Below are positions 19,203-29,097 of a DNA stretch of 64,000 nt, piece by piece. Source of the DNA: Candidatus Latescibacterota bacterium (GTDB lineage: Bacteria; Latescibacterota; UBA2968; UBA8231); assembly GCA_965205655.1 (NCBI GenBank), contig CBDBIJ010000091.1, positions 18,916 through 82,915 on the forward strand, written 5' to 3'. Position numbers and translations under genes: made by a program. Numbering within the stretch: position 1 is the first letter of the stretch; each line of letters begins with the position of its first letter. Under the pieces are notes generated by a model. It was not told the origin of the DNA and did not search any database. It saw only the letters and a list, made by a program, of their open reading frames with translations.

Positions 19203-21656
19203 GTGAAAGCTCTGAAGAAATACTGGATTCTCGTTTGTCTTCCCGCCCTCGCCGGGGCGGACGAGTTGCGCTTTGATGCAAAGCGTGACTGGGAGAAGTG
19301 GCGGCTTCCCCTCGGCGCGGTGGAACTGGAGCTGAACGGGACCATACGGCCGGTTTCGGTGCAAAAGAACATCAATGCCGTGCTGAATGCCCCGGCTTTC
19401 GAGGGGGGCATTCGCGAGGCCGGCTCTAACGAGAGCGCCGCCCGCTTCGTAATGGACGGGAGGGAGGATACGGGATGGGCACCGGACCCCGAGGATCCAC
19501 CTCGGGACTGGTATATCGAGGTCGACATGGGCCGCGTCGTGAGCGCCACGGCGATAACCTTCGTGTTCGATGAAGAAGCAGAGCCGTTCGAGCTGTTCAA
19601 CGTGCTGCTGTCTGGCGGCGAGCCCCTGCAGGCGAGCGGCAATATTGCGATCGAGGGCACCCTCGTCTACAAGATCAAGGATATCATCAGGCAGAACAAA
19701 CAGCACCGCGTGACCTACGCTCCCGGCGAGGTGCTCGAGTACACGGCAATCAGGGCAGTGCGCATCGAGGTTCTCGACTTCGAGCCCGGTGGCAGGCTGA
19801 TGGAGGTGGAAGTCAACGCCATCGGGCACAATGTGGCTCTGCACATGAAGCCGAACAACGGCAGCGCCCAGATGATCCTCGATCCCGATGTGTCAAATGA
19901 AGAAATAGCGGTTGCCAACGTGCTGCCGCTGGTGGATGGGGCGGTGTTCACCCGCTTTCTCGACAAGCGCGAAGCGAGGTACTCGTATGACACGTGGTGG
20001 GATTTTACGGTCGATCTGGGCGCGACTTACTGGCTGGACCAGGTGAGGATGTACGGCTGGACAGCGCTGCGGCCGAACCACACCGGTAGATATTCGGTCA
20101 GAGATAGAGAGGGGAACCTCATTCTCGTAGGCGACGGCTCCACGACCCAGGTCACCAGGGCATTCAACATCGGGTCGCAGGAGCTCCGCAACACCATCGA
20201 TGCCCTGGGGCGTCGCGATTTTACCCTGAAATTCTATGAAGTGCTCACCTCCGACGGGTCCCTGGCTCCGGATGGCAGTTTCTTATGGACGAAGCACTTC
20301 TCCGGTCGAAGGACCCTCCGAGACCAGCGATTGGGAGTCGTCGACCATCACTTCGATCTGACGCAGGCGCGCCTGTTCCGGATCCGCTGGCTCGCTTGGG
20401 ACGCGGCTTGCAACGACAGATTCAGATTCGGGGCAGCGGGGTCGCAGGGCCTTACACAGGGGTTCGGAACGTGCTACGGGCATGGCACGGCGGATGAATA
20501 CCAGGTTTTCGGGGAGGGCCTCCCCGCGGATGTGGAGCTCACATCCGGACCGATCGAGCTGGGTGGAGACAAGAATCTCATGAGCGTGAGCTGGGAGGCG
20601 GAAACGCCGCCGGGCACGCGGGTGGAGATCAGGAGCCGCACCGGGAATCATATGCGCGTGGACACGACCGCGTGGTTCGACAACAAGGGAGAACCGGTCA
20701 GTCAGAGGAGATGGAACAGTCTGAGGAAGCAAAATCGGGCGGGTGACGTGACGGAGATACGCAACGCCGGCGATGACTGGAGCCCGTGGAGCAACATCTA
20801 CACCGCTTCCGGCCAGGCCTTCCAGTCACCCTCGCCGCGTGAGGCCATGGAGTTGAGCGCCCGTCTGGTGAGCGAATCGCCCCTGACCGCGGCCAGTCTG
20901 GACTGGATCGCGGTGGAGTTCTCGGCACCCATCGCCAGGAGCGTCTTTGGGGAGATCGTCCCGACTCAGGTGCAACCGGGCGAGCTGACCGAATTTTCGT
21001 ACTACGTCCGCCCCATGGGATCAACGCAACAGCTCGACCAGGTAACGGTTGCCGCGCCAGTGCCGGTTCGATTCATGGGGGCGTCCATCGGCGGTGAAGC
21101 TGTTGAGGTAGGGGAACCTGACAGTCTCGACGACGGCTTCCGGATAACGTTTCCGCGGACGGTGCTAGAGAATCAACTCGTGGAGGTGCGATTCGAATCG
21201 TCCGTGTTCGTGCAGGGTACGCGCTTCGAGGCGTTTCTGGGCGATAGCAAGCGCGAGGCGGTCAGACAGCGGGTGGATCCCGGTGACGCCAATAGGCAGG
21301 TCGAGAGCAGCACGAATGTCGTGAGGCTTCCCGTCAGCGACGACCTCATTTCAGATCTGCGCGTCGAGCCACAAGTCCTCACCCCGAACGGAGACGGGAT
21401 CAACGACGAGCTCGAGCTCACGTTCTTCGTGGCAAATGTGTTGAGCCCGCGCCCGATGCGATTGCGGGTGTTCGATTTGTCCGGACGCCTCGTTCACGAG
21501 GAGGACAGAGATGCGATCGCCGGCGAGCAGACGTTCGTCTGGGACGGCAGCACCGGCGGCACAGCGGTGGCGCCCGGAGTCTACCTGCTGGAGCTCAGCC
21601 TGGCCGGCGATGCTCGCGACGACGTGTCGCACCGACTCCTGCCCGTGGCTTACTGA
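19203..21656 (+). CDS. Secreted discoidin-like / FlgD-CTD protein, tandem copy B
   Basis: GTG 19203 after GGAGGAG; collinear with copy A; ends RLLPVAY*. Confidence 0.87.
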   Translation: MKALKKYWILVCLPALAGADELRFDAKRDWEKWRLPLGAVELELNGTIRPVSVQKNINAVLNAPAFEGGIREAGSNESAARFVMDGREDTGWAPDPEDPPRDWYIEVDMGRVVSATAITFVFDEEAEPFELFNVLLSGGEPLQASGNIAIEGTLVYKIKDIIRQNKQHRVTYAPGEVLEYTAIRAVRIEVLDFEPGGRLMEVEVNAIGHNVALHMKPNNGSAQMILDPDVSNEEIAVANVLPLVDGAVFTRFLDKREARYSYDTWWDFTVDLGATYWLDQVRMYGWTALRPNHTGRYSVRDREGNLILVGDGSTTQVTRAFNIGSQELRNTIDALGRRDFTLKFYEVLTSDGSLAPDGSFLWTKHFSGRRTLRDQRLGVVDHHFDLTQARLFRIRWLAWDAACNDRFRFGAAGSQGLTQGFGTCYGHGTADEYQVFGEGLPADVELTSGPIELGGDKNLMSVSWEAETPPGTRVEIRSRTGNHMRVDTTAWFDNKGEPVSQRRWNSLRKQNRAGDVTEIRNAGDDWSPWSNIYTASGQAFQSPSPREAMELSARLVSESPLTAASLDWIAVEFSAPIARSVFGEIVPTQVQPGELTEFSYYVRPMGSTQQLDQVTVAAPVPVRFMGASIGGEAVEVGEPDSLDDGFRITFPRTVLENQLVEVRFESSVFVQGTRFEAFLGDSKREAVRQRVDPGDANRQVESSTNVVRLPVSDDLISDLRVEPQVLTPNGDGINDELELTFFVANVLSPRPMRLRVFDLSGRLVHEEDRDAIAGEQTFVWDGSTGGTAVAPGVYLLELSLAGDARDDVSHRLLPVAY

Positions 21657-21764
21657 CCGGATCAGCCTGCCCTCGATTTCCAGCCCGGCGGGCTGGTTCA
21701 TCCCCTTCGTCATCCATCGTCGTCTCAACCGCAGCTCTGATGGCAGCTCGGGTCGCGGTGTGAC

Positions 21765-23702
21765 ATGAGCGCCAAGCCGTCCTCCGGGGTGTCCTGGCCG
21801 GCAGTCCTGACAGGAGCCGTCCTCGTCGGGGCCATCAGCATTATCTGCCCTTGGGCCATCCTCGTGGTCAAGGGCTCGCAGTTCGCCGGCAACGCCCTGC
21901 CCGTCATCGCCGTCATCCTGCTCTTTCTGCTCGTCGCTCTCGTCGTTCCAGCTCTCAAGCTCCTGCGCTCCCGGCTCGCTTTCTCAAGGGCCGAAATAAT
22001 CACCATCTACATCATGATGCTCGTGGGAGCGGTGGTGGTCACTGACGGATTCAGCGGCAGCTTTCTCACCGTCATAACAGGGGCCGTTTACTACGCCACC
22101 CCCGAAAACAGGTGGCTGGAACTCTTCGCTCCCAACATCCACCCCTGGTTGGCGCCCACCGATCGCGATGCGGTGCGCTGGTTCTACGAGGGACTTCCGG
22201 CTGGAATGGCAATCCCGTGGTCGGCGTGGGCGCGACCGCTGGCGGCGTGGCTTCCCTTCATGCTCGTCTTCTACTGGGTTTTGTTCTGCGTCGGCGTGTT
22301 GCTGCGGGGGCAGTGGGTGGAAAACGACAGGCTCGTGTTTCCCCTCACCCGCCTGCCACTGGCCATGACCGAGGATGCTGACGATGGCGGCAGGCTCGTG
22401 GAGCGGCTGTTGAAACACCCGCTGCTGTGGCTGGGATTCTCAGTCCCTTTCCTGTTTCACTCGTGGAATGGGCTCACCTTCTACTACGACGGTCTTCAGA
22501 AACTATCCGTGGGCGGTGCTCTGCAGCTGCTGAACGGTGAGGTACTCGTACAGTATCGGCTGAATCTCCCCGTCATCGGATTGGCGTGGCTGATGCCCCT
22601 GGGCATCTCCTTCAGCATCTGGTTTTTCCACTCTCTCGGCGTCTTTCAGGATTGGATACTGAAGCGCCTCGGCATCGTGGTCGGCAGCCTCGACGTGTGG
22701 GATTCGGGCGGCTCGCCGATCAGCATTCTGCACGAACAGGCCGGGGCGCTCACGGTGCTGTGCTTTTTCGTGCTGTGGACGGCGCGCCGGCATCTGAAGG
22801 AATTCTGCTGGGCCGCCCTGCGCGGAGAAAGGAGAGAGCGGGAGCCACTATCCCCCAGACTTGCCCTGATCGGGCTGCCGGTGGGGCTGGTCCTGATGGT
22901 GAGCTGGCTGACGATCACCGGCCTCTCGCTCTACGTGGCCGTCCTGCTCGTGGCCGGGTCTCTCGTCGTCTTTATCGCCCTGTCCCGCATCGTCTGCGAG
23001 GTGGGTCTGCCCAGCATCCAATCGCCGATGGTGCCCCAGACCTTCATTACCCGCGGTTTCGGACCGGGTGTGCTGCAGCTGAAGAACATGACGGGACTGG
23101 GCCTGAGCACGGTGTGGATGGGCGACACGGTCACCAACATGATGAACGCGGTGATGCACAGCATGAAGCTCACCTCTACGAGGGCAGCGGCTGACCGCCG
23201 GTTGCCGCTGGCCATGCTGCTCGCCATCGTCATCGGACTGGCGGGGTCGCTGTGGTGCATCATGACGCTGGCCCATACCCACGGCGGCATCAACCTGCAG
23301 CCCTGGTGGTTCAGCGCGGCGCCGAGGTGGCCCTTCCGATTCATGGCTTCGGTCTACAACTCACCCGAACCGAGCTTTGCCCCGCGAGCGCTGTTTACCG
23401 CCATCGGGGCGGGAATCATGTCGGCGCTCCTGTTCCTGCGGGCACGCTTCCCCTGGTGGCCCCTCAACCCGATAGGCTTTCCGATCGCCAAGACGGTGAC
23501 CATCGTCTACTGGAACTGGCTCGCCATATTCACCGCATGGGTGTTGAAGTTCCTCGTTCTGCGCTACGGCGGCGTCCGCGTATTTCGCACCCTGACGCCA
23601 TTTTTCCTTGGTTTGATCCTCGGCGAATTCTCGACAGCCGGTCTGTGGCTCGTCATAGACGGTGTCAACGGCGTCGAGGGAAATATCATCTTCAGGCAAT
23701 GA
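21765..23702 (+). CDS. Polytopic membrane protein, DUF6785/DUF6784-like (putative transporter)
   Basis: Many TM helices; motifs 'YYATPEN.W', 'IPW.AW', 'QWVE..RL.FPL..LP', 'WWPLNPIG', 'RYGG...PFFLGLILGE'. Confidence 0.8.
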   Translation: MSAKPSSGVSWPAVLTGAVLVGAISIICPWAILVVKGSQFAGNALPVIAVILLFLLVALVVPALKLLRSRLAFSRAEIITIYIMMLVGAVVVTDGFSGSFLTVITGAVYYATPENRWLELFAPNIHPWLAPTDRDAVRWFYEGLPAGMAIPWSAWARPLAAWLPFMLVFYWVLFCVGVLLRGQWVENDRLVFPLTRLPLAMTEDADDGGRLVERLLKHPLLWLGFSVPFLFHSWNGLTFYYDGLQKLSVGGALQLLNGEVLVQYRLNLPVIGLAWLMPLGISFSIWFFHSLGVFQDWILKRLGIVVGSLDVWDSGGSPISILHEQAGALTVLCFFVLWTARRHLKEFCWAALRGERREREPLSPRLALIGLPVGLVLMVSWLTITGLSLYVAVLLVAGSLVVFIALSRIVCEVGLPSIQSPMVPQTFITRGFGPGVLQLKNMTGLGLSTVWMGDTVTNMMNAVMHSMKLTSTRAAADRRLPLAMLLAIVIGLAGSLWCIMTLAHTHGGINLQPWWFSAAPRWPFRFMASVYNSPEPSFAPRALFTAIGAGIMSALLFLRARFPWWPLNPIGFPIAKTVTIVYWNWLAIFTAWVLKFLVLRYGGVRVFRTLTPFFLGLILGEFSTAGLWLVIDGVNGVEGNIIFRQ

Positions 23703-23740
23703 TCTCGCGGGGATAGAGTGTTGGAGATCCACGGAGCAAG

Positions 23741-25684
23741 ATGAGCGACAGATCCACCTCCGGCGTGAGCGGCCGAGCCATTCTGACCGGCGCTGTCCTG
23801 GTAGGCGCCATCAGCATCATCAGCCCCTGGGCCATCCTCATCGTCAAGGGCTCGCAGCTGGCCGGCAACGCCGTGCCCATCATCGCCGTCTTCTTCCTGT
23901 TCGGCCTCGTCGCCGTCTTCGTACCGGCACTCAAACTGCTCGGAGCCCGGCTCGCTTTTTCCAGAGCCGAGCTTATCACCGTCTACACCATGATGCTGGT
24001 GGGCTCGGTGATCGTCACCGTGGGGTTCAGCGGCAGCTTTCTCACCGTCACGACGGGCGCCATCTACTACGCCACGCCGGAAAACCGGTGGCACGAGCTC
24101 TTTGTCTCCAACCTCCACAAATGGCTGGCGCCCACTGATCACGAGGCCGTGCGATGGTTCTACGAAGGCCTCCCCGAGGGCGTGCCGATTCCGTGGTCGG
24201 CATGGGTGCGTCCACTGGCGGCGTGGATACCCTTCATCCTCGCCTTCTACTGGGTGCTCTTCTGCATCGGGGTACTGTTGCGGGGACAGTGGGTGGAGAA
24301 CGAACGGCTCGCCTTTCCGCTCACCCGCCTGCCGCTGGCAATGATCGAAGACGTCGACGATCGCGGCAGGCTCGTAGGACGACTGTTCAAGAGGCCGCTG
24401 TTGTGGGTGGGTTTTCTGATTCCCTTTCTCTTCCACTCGTGGAACTCGCTCAGCGGCTACTTCGACGGCATCCCGAGAATGGCCGTGGGTGGTGCCTATC
24501 CGCTGCTGAACGGGGAGGTGATGATCCAGTATCGACTCAATCTTCCCGTCATCGGACTGGCTTACCTCATGCCGCTCGACGTCTCATTCAGCATCTGGTT
24601 TTTCCACGTCCTCGGGCTCGCTCAGGAGTGGGTATTGAAGCGCCTGGGGATCGGCACAGGTCTCGGTCTCGACATCTGGGACTCGGGCGGCTCCCCGGTG
24701 AGCATGCTGCACGAGCAGGCCGGCGCCCTGGCAGTGCTCTGCATTTTCGTGTTGTGGACGGCGCGCGGGCATCTGAAGGAATTCTGCCGGGCAGCCATCC
24801 GAGGAGACCGGAGAGAGCAAGAGCCGGTCTCTCCTCGCGTGGCAATCGTCGGACTGCCGCTGGGCCTGGTGATCATGGTGGGGTGGCTGACAACGACAGG
24901 CCTCCTCTCGCTTGGAGTGGCCGTCCTTCTAGTGGGAGGGGCGCTCGTCGTCTTCATCGGCCTTTCGCGCATCGTCTGCGAAGCGGGTCTGCCCAGCGTT
25001 CAATCGCCGATGGTGCCCCAGGCGTTCATCACGCGGGGCTTCGGGCCGGACACGCTCCAGTTGCACAACATGACCGGACTGGGCCTGGCCACGGTGTGGA
25101 TCGGGGATACGATCACGAACATGATGAACGCCGTGATGCACAGCCTCAAGCTCACGTCGACACAGAGCAGGGCTGACCGCCGGCTGCCGCTCGCCATGCT
25201 GCTGGCTGTCGCCATCGGTATGACGGGATCGGTGTGGTGCATCATGACGGTGGCCTACGCCCACGGCGGCATCAATCTCCAGGGCTACTGGTTCGAGCTG
25301 TTGCCCAAGTGGCCCTTCAGCTACATGGACTCGGCCTACAACTCGCCGGAGTCGAGCTTCACTCCGCGGGTGCTCTTTACCGCCATCGGAGCGGGTGTCA
25401 TGTGGGTGCTCCTCTTCTTGAAGAGTCGCTACATGTGGTGGCCTCTCAACCCGATCGGGTTTCCGATCGCCAAGACGGTGACTATCGCCTATTGGAACGG
25501 GCTCGCCATTTTCACGGCGTGGATATTGAAGGCTTTCATTCTGCGCTACGGTGGCGTACGCCTGTATCGCAATCTGACACCGTTTTTTCTCGGATTGATT
25601 TTGGGAGAGTTCTCGACCGCCTGCATGTGGGCGTTCATCGACGGGCTGAACGGCGTCGAGGGGAACATCATATTCAGGAACTGA
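23741..25684 (+). CDS. Polytopic membrane protein, DUF6785/DUF6784-like, tandem paralog
   Basis: Collinear over its full length with 21765-23702. Confidence 0.8.
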   Translation: MSDRSTSGVSGRAILTGAVLVGAISIISPWAILIVKGSQLAGNAVPIIAVFFLFGLVAVFVPALKLLGARLAFSRAELITVYTMMLVGSVIVTVGFSGSFLTVTTGAIYYATPENRWHELFVSNLHKWLAPTDHEAVRWFYEGLPEGVPIPWSAWVRPLAAWIPFILAFYWVLFCIGVLLRGQWVENERLAFPLTRLPLAMIEDVDDRGRLVGRLFKRPLLWVGFLIPFLFHSWNSLSGYFDGIPRMAVGGAYPLLNGEVMIQYRLNLPVIGLAYLMPLDVSFSIWFFHVLGLAQEWVLKRLGIGTGLGLDIWDSGGSPVSMLHEQAGALAVLCIFVLWTARGHLKEFCRAAIRGDRREQEPVSPRVAIVGLPLGLVIMVGWLTTTGLLSLGVAVLLVGGALVVFIGLSRIVCEAGLPSVQSPMVPQAFITRGFGPDTLQLHNMTGLGLATVWIGDTITNMMNAVMHSLKLTSTQSRADRRLPLAMLLAVAIGMTGSVWCIMTVAYAHGGINLQGYWFELLPKWPFSYMDSAYNSPESSFTPRVLFTAIGAGVMWVLLFLKSRYMWWPLNPIGFPIAKTVTIAYWNGLAIFTAWILKAFILRYGGVRLYRNLTPFFLGLILGEFSTACMWAFIDGLNGVEGNIIFRN

Positions 25685-25726
25685 GCTCACATGAACAATT
25701 GAGCGCGGCCGTGGGAAGGACGCTGT

Positions 25727-26791
25727 TCAGGACGGGTCGACGTGGCGGCGGACGATATCTATGAGCAGAGCCACATCGTCGCGGGCGGCATCGACGGGCG
25801 TTCTACAGGTCTCGCCGTCGACGATGCAGGCGTGAAAGTGACGCAGCTCGCGCATGAAGGCGCCCTCCCACTCGATGGCTGGCTCTGACGTATAAGCCCG
25901 GTCATCGGCGTCGACCCCGTGAATGGTCACCGTCGAGAGGATCCCCCGCGCATACCCGGTGGGATAAGACAACGTGATCCTGCGGTCGTCGGCGTAAACT
26001 TCCACCGTTTCCTTGAAGGCGCGAACGTCCGGGGATTCCACCCAGGTGAGCGCGCATCGAGCGCCCATCCCATACTCCAGGATCGTCGTAATTCCCTGGC
26101 CACCGTTCCAGATTTCCGTGCTCACAACGCGCTCGGGCAGACCGAAAAGGAGTCGCAGGCCGTAGATATCGTGGATCATGCTGCCGGTGGCGACGAAGAA
26201 AGCCCGCTCCACGTGAGGTGGGATCTCCCCCAACGGGGTACGCGGCCCAGGTGGAGTTCGCTGCTTCGGTCGCTCGGGAAGATCGTCAGCCTGCCTGAGT
26301 CGGAACTGCCGCAGGTAGTGGGCGTTGGCCGTGTGCATGTGGTTGGCCTGGATGAAGCGGATGGAATCGAGGGCTGAGACCTCGCGCTGAGCCAGTTCGA
26401 AGGCCGGGTCGTACACCTTCATGTAGCCCATCTGGGCAATGCGATTGCTCGTACGGGCGGCGTCGATGATGGCGTCGGCGTCGGCAAGGGTGTAGCACAT
26501 CGGCTTCTCGATGAAGGTGTGGACACCCGCCTCGAGGGACGCCACGGCGATCTCCGTCTTCGGATCGCCATGGCATAGCAGGACAGCGTCTACGTCGGCG
26601 GCCAGCAGATCGCGGTAATCGGTGACGTGGCGGGAGACGTGGAAATCTTCGGCTACGGAGCTGGCGAGGCGGGCCGAACGGTCGCAGAGCACGGCGATCT
26701 CGAAATCGTCAGGGCGCGCGGCGAGATTGGGCAGGTGTTGCACCTGAGCGATGCCTCCGCAGCCGACGACGCCTATTCGAATGCGAGCCAC
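25727..26791 (-). CDS. Gfo/Idh/MocA family oxidoreductase
   Basis: 'IGVVGCGGIA', 'FIEKP', 'SMIHDI'; likely GTG start at 26791. Confidence 0.92.
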   Translation of the reverse strand: MARIRIGVVGCGGIAQVQHLPNLAARPDDFEIAVLCDRSARLASSVAEDFHVSRHVTDYRDLLAADVDAVLLCHGDPKTEIAVASLEAGVHTFIEKPMCYTLADADAIIDAARTSNRIAQMGYMKVYDPAFELAQREVSALDSIRFIQANHMHTANAHYLRQFRLRQADDLPERPKQRTPPGPRTPLGEIPPHVERAFFVATGSMIHDIYGLRLLFGLPERVVSTEIWNGGQGITTILEYGMGARCALTWVESPDVRAFKETVEVYADDRRITLSYPTGYARGILSTVTIHGVDADDRAYTSEPAIEWEGAFMRELRHFHACIVDGETCRTPVDAARDDVALLIDIVRRHVDPS

Positions 26792-26798
26792 GAGCGCC

Positions 26799-27446
26799 TC
26801 AGTCGCCGGACTTTCTCTGAGGAGCTCGAGGAGCCACCTCGTTCCAAATTTCGGACAGCGAGTACAGCTGCGTGAAGGTTTCGCAGACGCCGTTCCACAT
26901 AGAATTGCGGAGCTCGGCCGCAGTTTCCCCATCTCCGGCGGACAGTGCCTCTTTTATACGCTCGCTCGACTGGCGATGGACATCGGCGCTGCGCCCGGCA
27001 ATCTCCGCGAGTTTCGCCGACGCAGCTGTGAGGCGATCCAGCAGTTCGTCCTCTGAGATGTCCATGTCGGCCTCGACCTGGTAGTTCGCTGACGGCTGAA
27101 AATCGTGCGGGAGGTGTGCGCCATCCTCGGTCCGATTGGTGTGGGTTGGCTGGACATGGGGCGTCACGGAGAGGTACATGATCACCGGCTCGTCGCCCAC
27201 GGCCTCCACCGTGTGCGGTTCGTCGGCCAGGGCGATGCACAGCTGGCCCGGCCCGACTACTGCCTCCTCGCCGGAGATCACGAAGCGGGCCCTGCCCTGC
27301 AACATGAGAAAGATCTCATGCCCCAGATCGTGACTGTGAAGATTCGCTTTGTCGCCCGGCTTCATGGGCATGAAGCGGCAGCGGATGTGGGGCGTGACGA
27401 GGAGGTGACGAATGTCCTCGCGGAAGTCGTAGACCTGCAGCGCCAT
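26799..27446 (-). CDS. Cupin domain protein
   Basis: 'HSHDLGHEIFLMLQG...PGQ...ADEPH' cupin motifs plus a helical C-terminal part. Confidence 0.88.
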   Translation of the reverse strand: MALQVYDFREDIRHLLVTPHIRCRFMPMKPGDKANLHSHDLGHEIFLMLQGRARFVISGEEAVVGPGQLCIALADEPHTVEAVGDEPVIMYLSVTPHVQPTHTNRTEDGAHLPHDFQPSANYQVEADMDISEDELLDRLTAASAKLAEIAGRSADVHRQSSERIKEALSAGDGETAAELRNSMWNGVCETFTQLYSLSEIWNEVAPRAPQRKSGD

Positions 27447-27535
27447 GTCGATGCTCCTGTTCAGTCACGATGGGGAGGTCACCGGGTAGTACCGCACCAG
27501 CGACGTCGGGAAGGTCAGGCACCGAAGCGATCAGA

Positions 27536-29092
27536 TCAAGGTGTACCCTCCTCGAAGCAGTCGTGCTTCCAGAGCGAAATTCTCTCAGGAGCCCGGATCC
27601 CACTCCCGGGAAGAGTGATCTCCTTCATGAAGACGATCTCGAAAGTGCGCAGCCTCTGCGGGCCGGTATGCGCGGAATTCCACTCGCGGCAGAGATAGCT
27701 GCCGTAGTATGGACGGTGCGGTGCATTGCGCTTCAGCCACAGGTTCGTCATGTATTTGCGCCACCTGAGATCGGTGAAGGACGCCGCGACAGAGGAAGGC
27801 TTTGAGTAGAAAAACTGTGTCTGCACCTGCGGTCTGCCAGTCTCGGCGCGAAACAAATCTACCTGGGAGCCATCGGCGAGCTTGCCGGGAATGACGAACC
27901 ACCCATCCTCCTTCGTCGGAGAGGGCGCGAACATGTTCCAGATCTGATCCACGCGCAGAAGGAATCCGAAAGAGTCGATATCGGTGGGGAAATAGCGGGC
28001 GTATTGGTCATGGTCGAGGGTTCTGACATTCCAGGCGGTGACGTAGACGAGGACGAGAGCTGCAAAAAGCTGCGAGGCAAGGCCGGACCTGCCAGGACGT
28101 CGCCCGAAGCGGAGGGGAGCGAGGAAGGGCGGCATCGCAGCGCCACGCGAGGACAGCTGTCTGTACAGAAAATCGCTGGCGCCGGCGATGGGAGGCGAAC
28201 TCAATACCGGCGCGCATGTTCGCTGGAGATAATTCCACACACCTGTCGGAATGACCGCCAACCAAGCCACCGAGCATATGGCGGGAAACAGGCCGAGCTC
28301 CATGGTCAACGCCAGCCCGACATGAAAGCAGACGAAGCAGGCGATGAGGGCCGCTCTGATGTAACAGAGAAAAAATGGAAAGAGCAGGAACAGGGGGAGA
28401 ATCCACTCCAGGATAAAGGTGGCCCTCGTCATCAACTGCAGGAGTTCGGTGTGGTCGAGAAGCCGCTGCCCGAGTGGCGTCGCAACCCAGTCGATGCTCA
28501 GGGCGTAATACACCGCATCGGCTCGGTGCCACCAGTAGTCGGGAGACTTCAGCGCCGCCGAAAACAGATAGATGCAAGCGATTTGCACCAGGAGGGCCAC
28601 CGAACCTGCAGAGACGATGCGATCCGGTGCTTTCGTCGAATCATTGTCCATCGCCGCATCGACGGAGTATCGCGCTCCCAGGGGCAGAAAGAGGGCCCAG
28701 AACAGGATGAGTCTGAGGACGACGTCGCCGCCGTGAATGAGCATCGGGTTGCGGGTGTGGATGGAGATGAGCAGAAGCCACGAGGCGATGGCCGAAAAGC
28801 GGGTGCCGAAACCGAGCGCGAGCGACAGCGCGAAACCGGCGGCCAGCGTCATCAATGCCGCCTGGAAGAATGGCTCGCCGCTGATTGAATGGAGTGACAC
28901 AAGCCAGCCAGCCTGAAATTCCAGGAGGGCGTCCCTGGGCAGCACCCCGTCGTCGCTATAGTGACTGACGAGTCCGGGCAGGCGACCGGCGAGATCGAGG
29001 AGCAGGATGAAGCCGAGTCCGATGCGGAGCAGGGCCAGCGATCTGAGGTCGAGGCCGAACATCTCGCCGAGCAGATGTCGAGCTCGAACCAT
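27536..29092 (-). CDS. HTTM-domain membrane protein (vitamin K-dependent carboxylase-like superfamily)
   Basis: 'DLRSLALLRI', 'RNP...GGD', 'LPLG.RYSVD', 'FHVG...LGLFP', 'QIWNMFAP'. Confidence 0.87.
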   Translation of the reverse strand: MVRARHLLGEMFGLDLRSLALLRIGLGFILLLDLAGRLPGLVSHYSDDGVLPRDALLEFQAGWLVSLHSISGEPFFQAALMTLAAGFALSLALGFGTRFSAIASWLLLISIHTRNPMLIHGGDVVLRLILFWALFLPLGARYSVDAAMDNDSTKAPDRIVSAGSVALLVQIACIYLFSAALKSPDYWWHRADAVYYALSIDWVATPLGQRLLDHTELLQLMTRATFILEWILPLFLLFPFFLCYIRAALIACFVCFHVGLALTMELGLFPAICSVAWLAVIPTGVWNYLQRTCAPVLSSPPIAGASDFLYRQLSSRGAAMPPFLAPLRFGRRPGRSGLASQLFAALVLVYVTAWNVRTLDHDQYARYFPTDIDSFGFLLRVDQIWNMFAPSPTKEDGWFVIPGKLADGSQVDLFRAETGRPQVQTQFFYSKPSSVAASFTDLRWRKYMTNLWLKRNAPHRPYYGSYLCREWNSAHTGPQRLRTFEIVFMKEITLPGSGIRAPERISLWKHDCFEEGTP

Positions 29093-29097
29093 ACTTC

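Larger units (their letters stand above)
16178..21875. repeat. Direct tandem duplication, about 2.83 kb unit (about 16178-19011 and 19012-21875)
   Basis: Constant offset of 2834 between the gene copies (16369/19203; 17575/20409). Flanking intergenic DNA and neighbouring gene ends are duplicated too. Confidence 0.92.

Noticed and set aside
17575-20474. Diversity-generating retroelement (TR/VR) as the cause of the variable loop
   Set aside because: Differences are not adenine-specific, both copies are full genes, and no reverse transcriptase is in the window.
21680-21696. GC hairpin ccagccc-ggc-gggctgg after copy B, decayed after copy A
   Set aside because: Short stem with no convincing U-tract; not called as a terminator.
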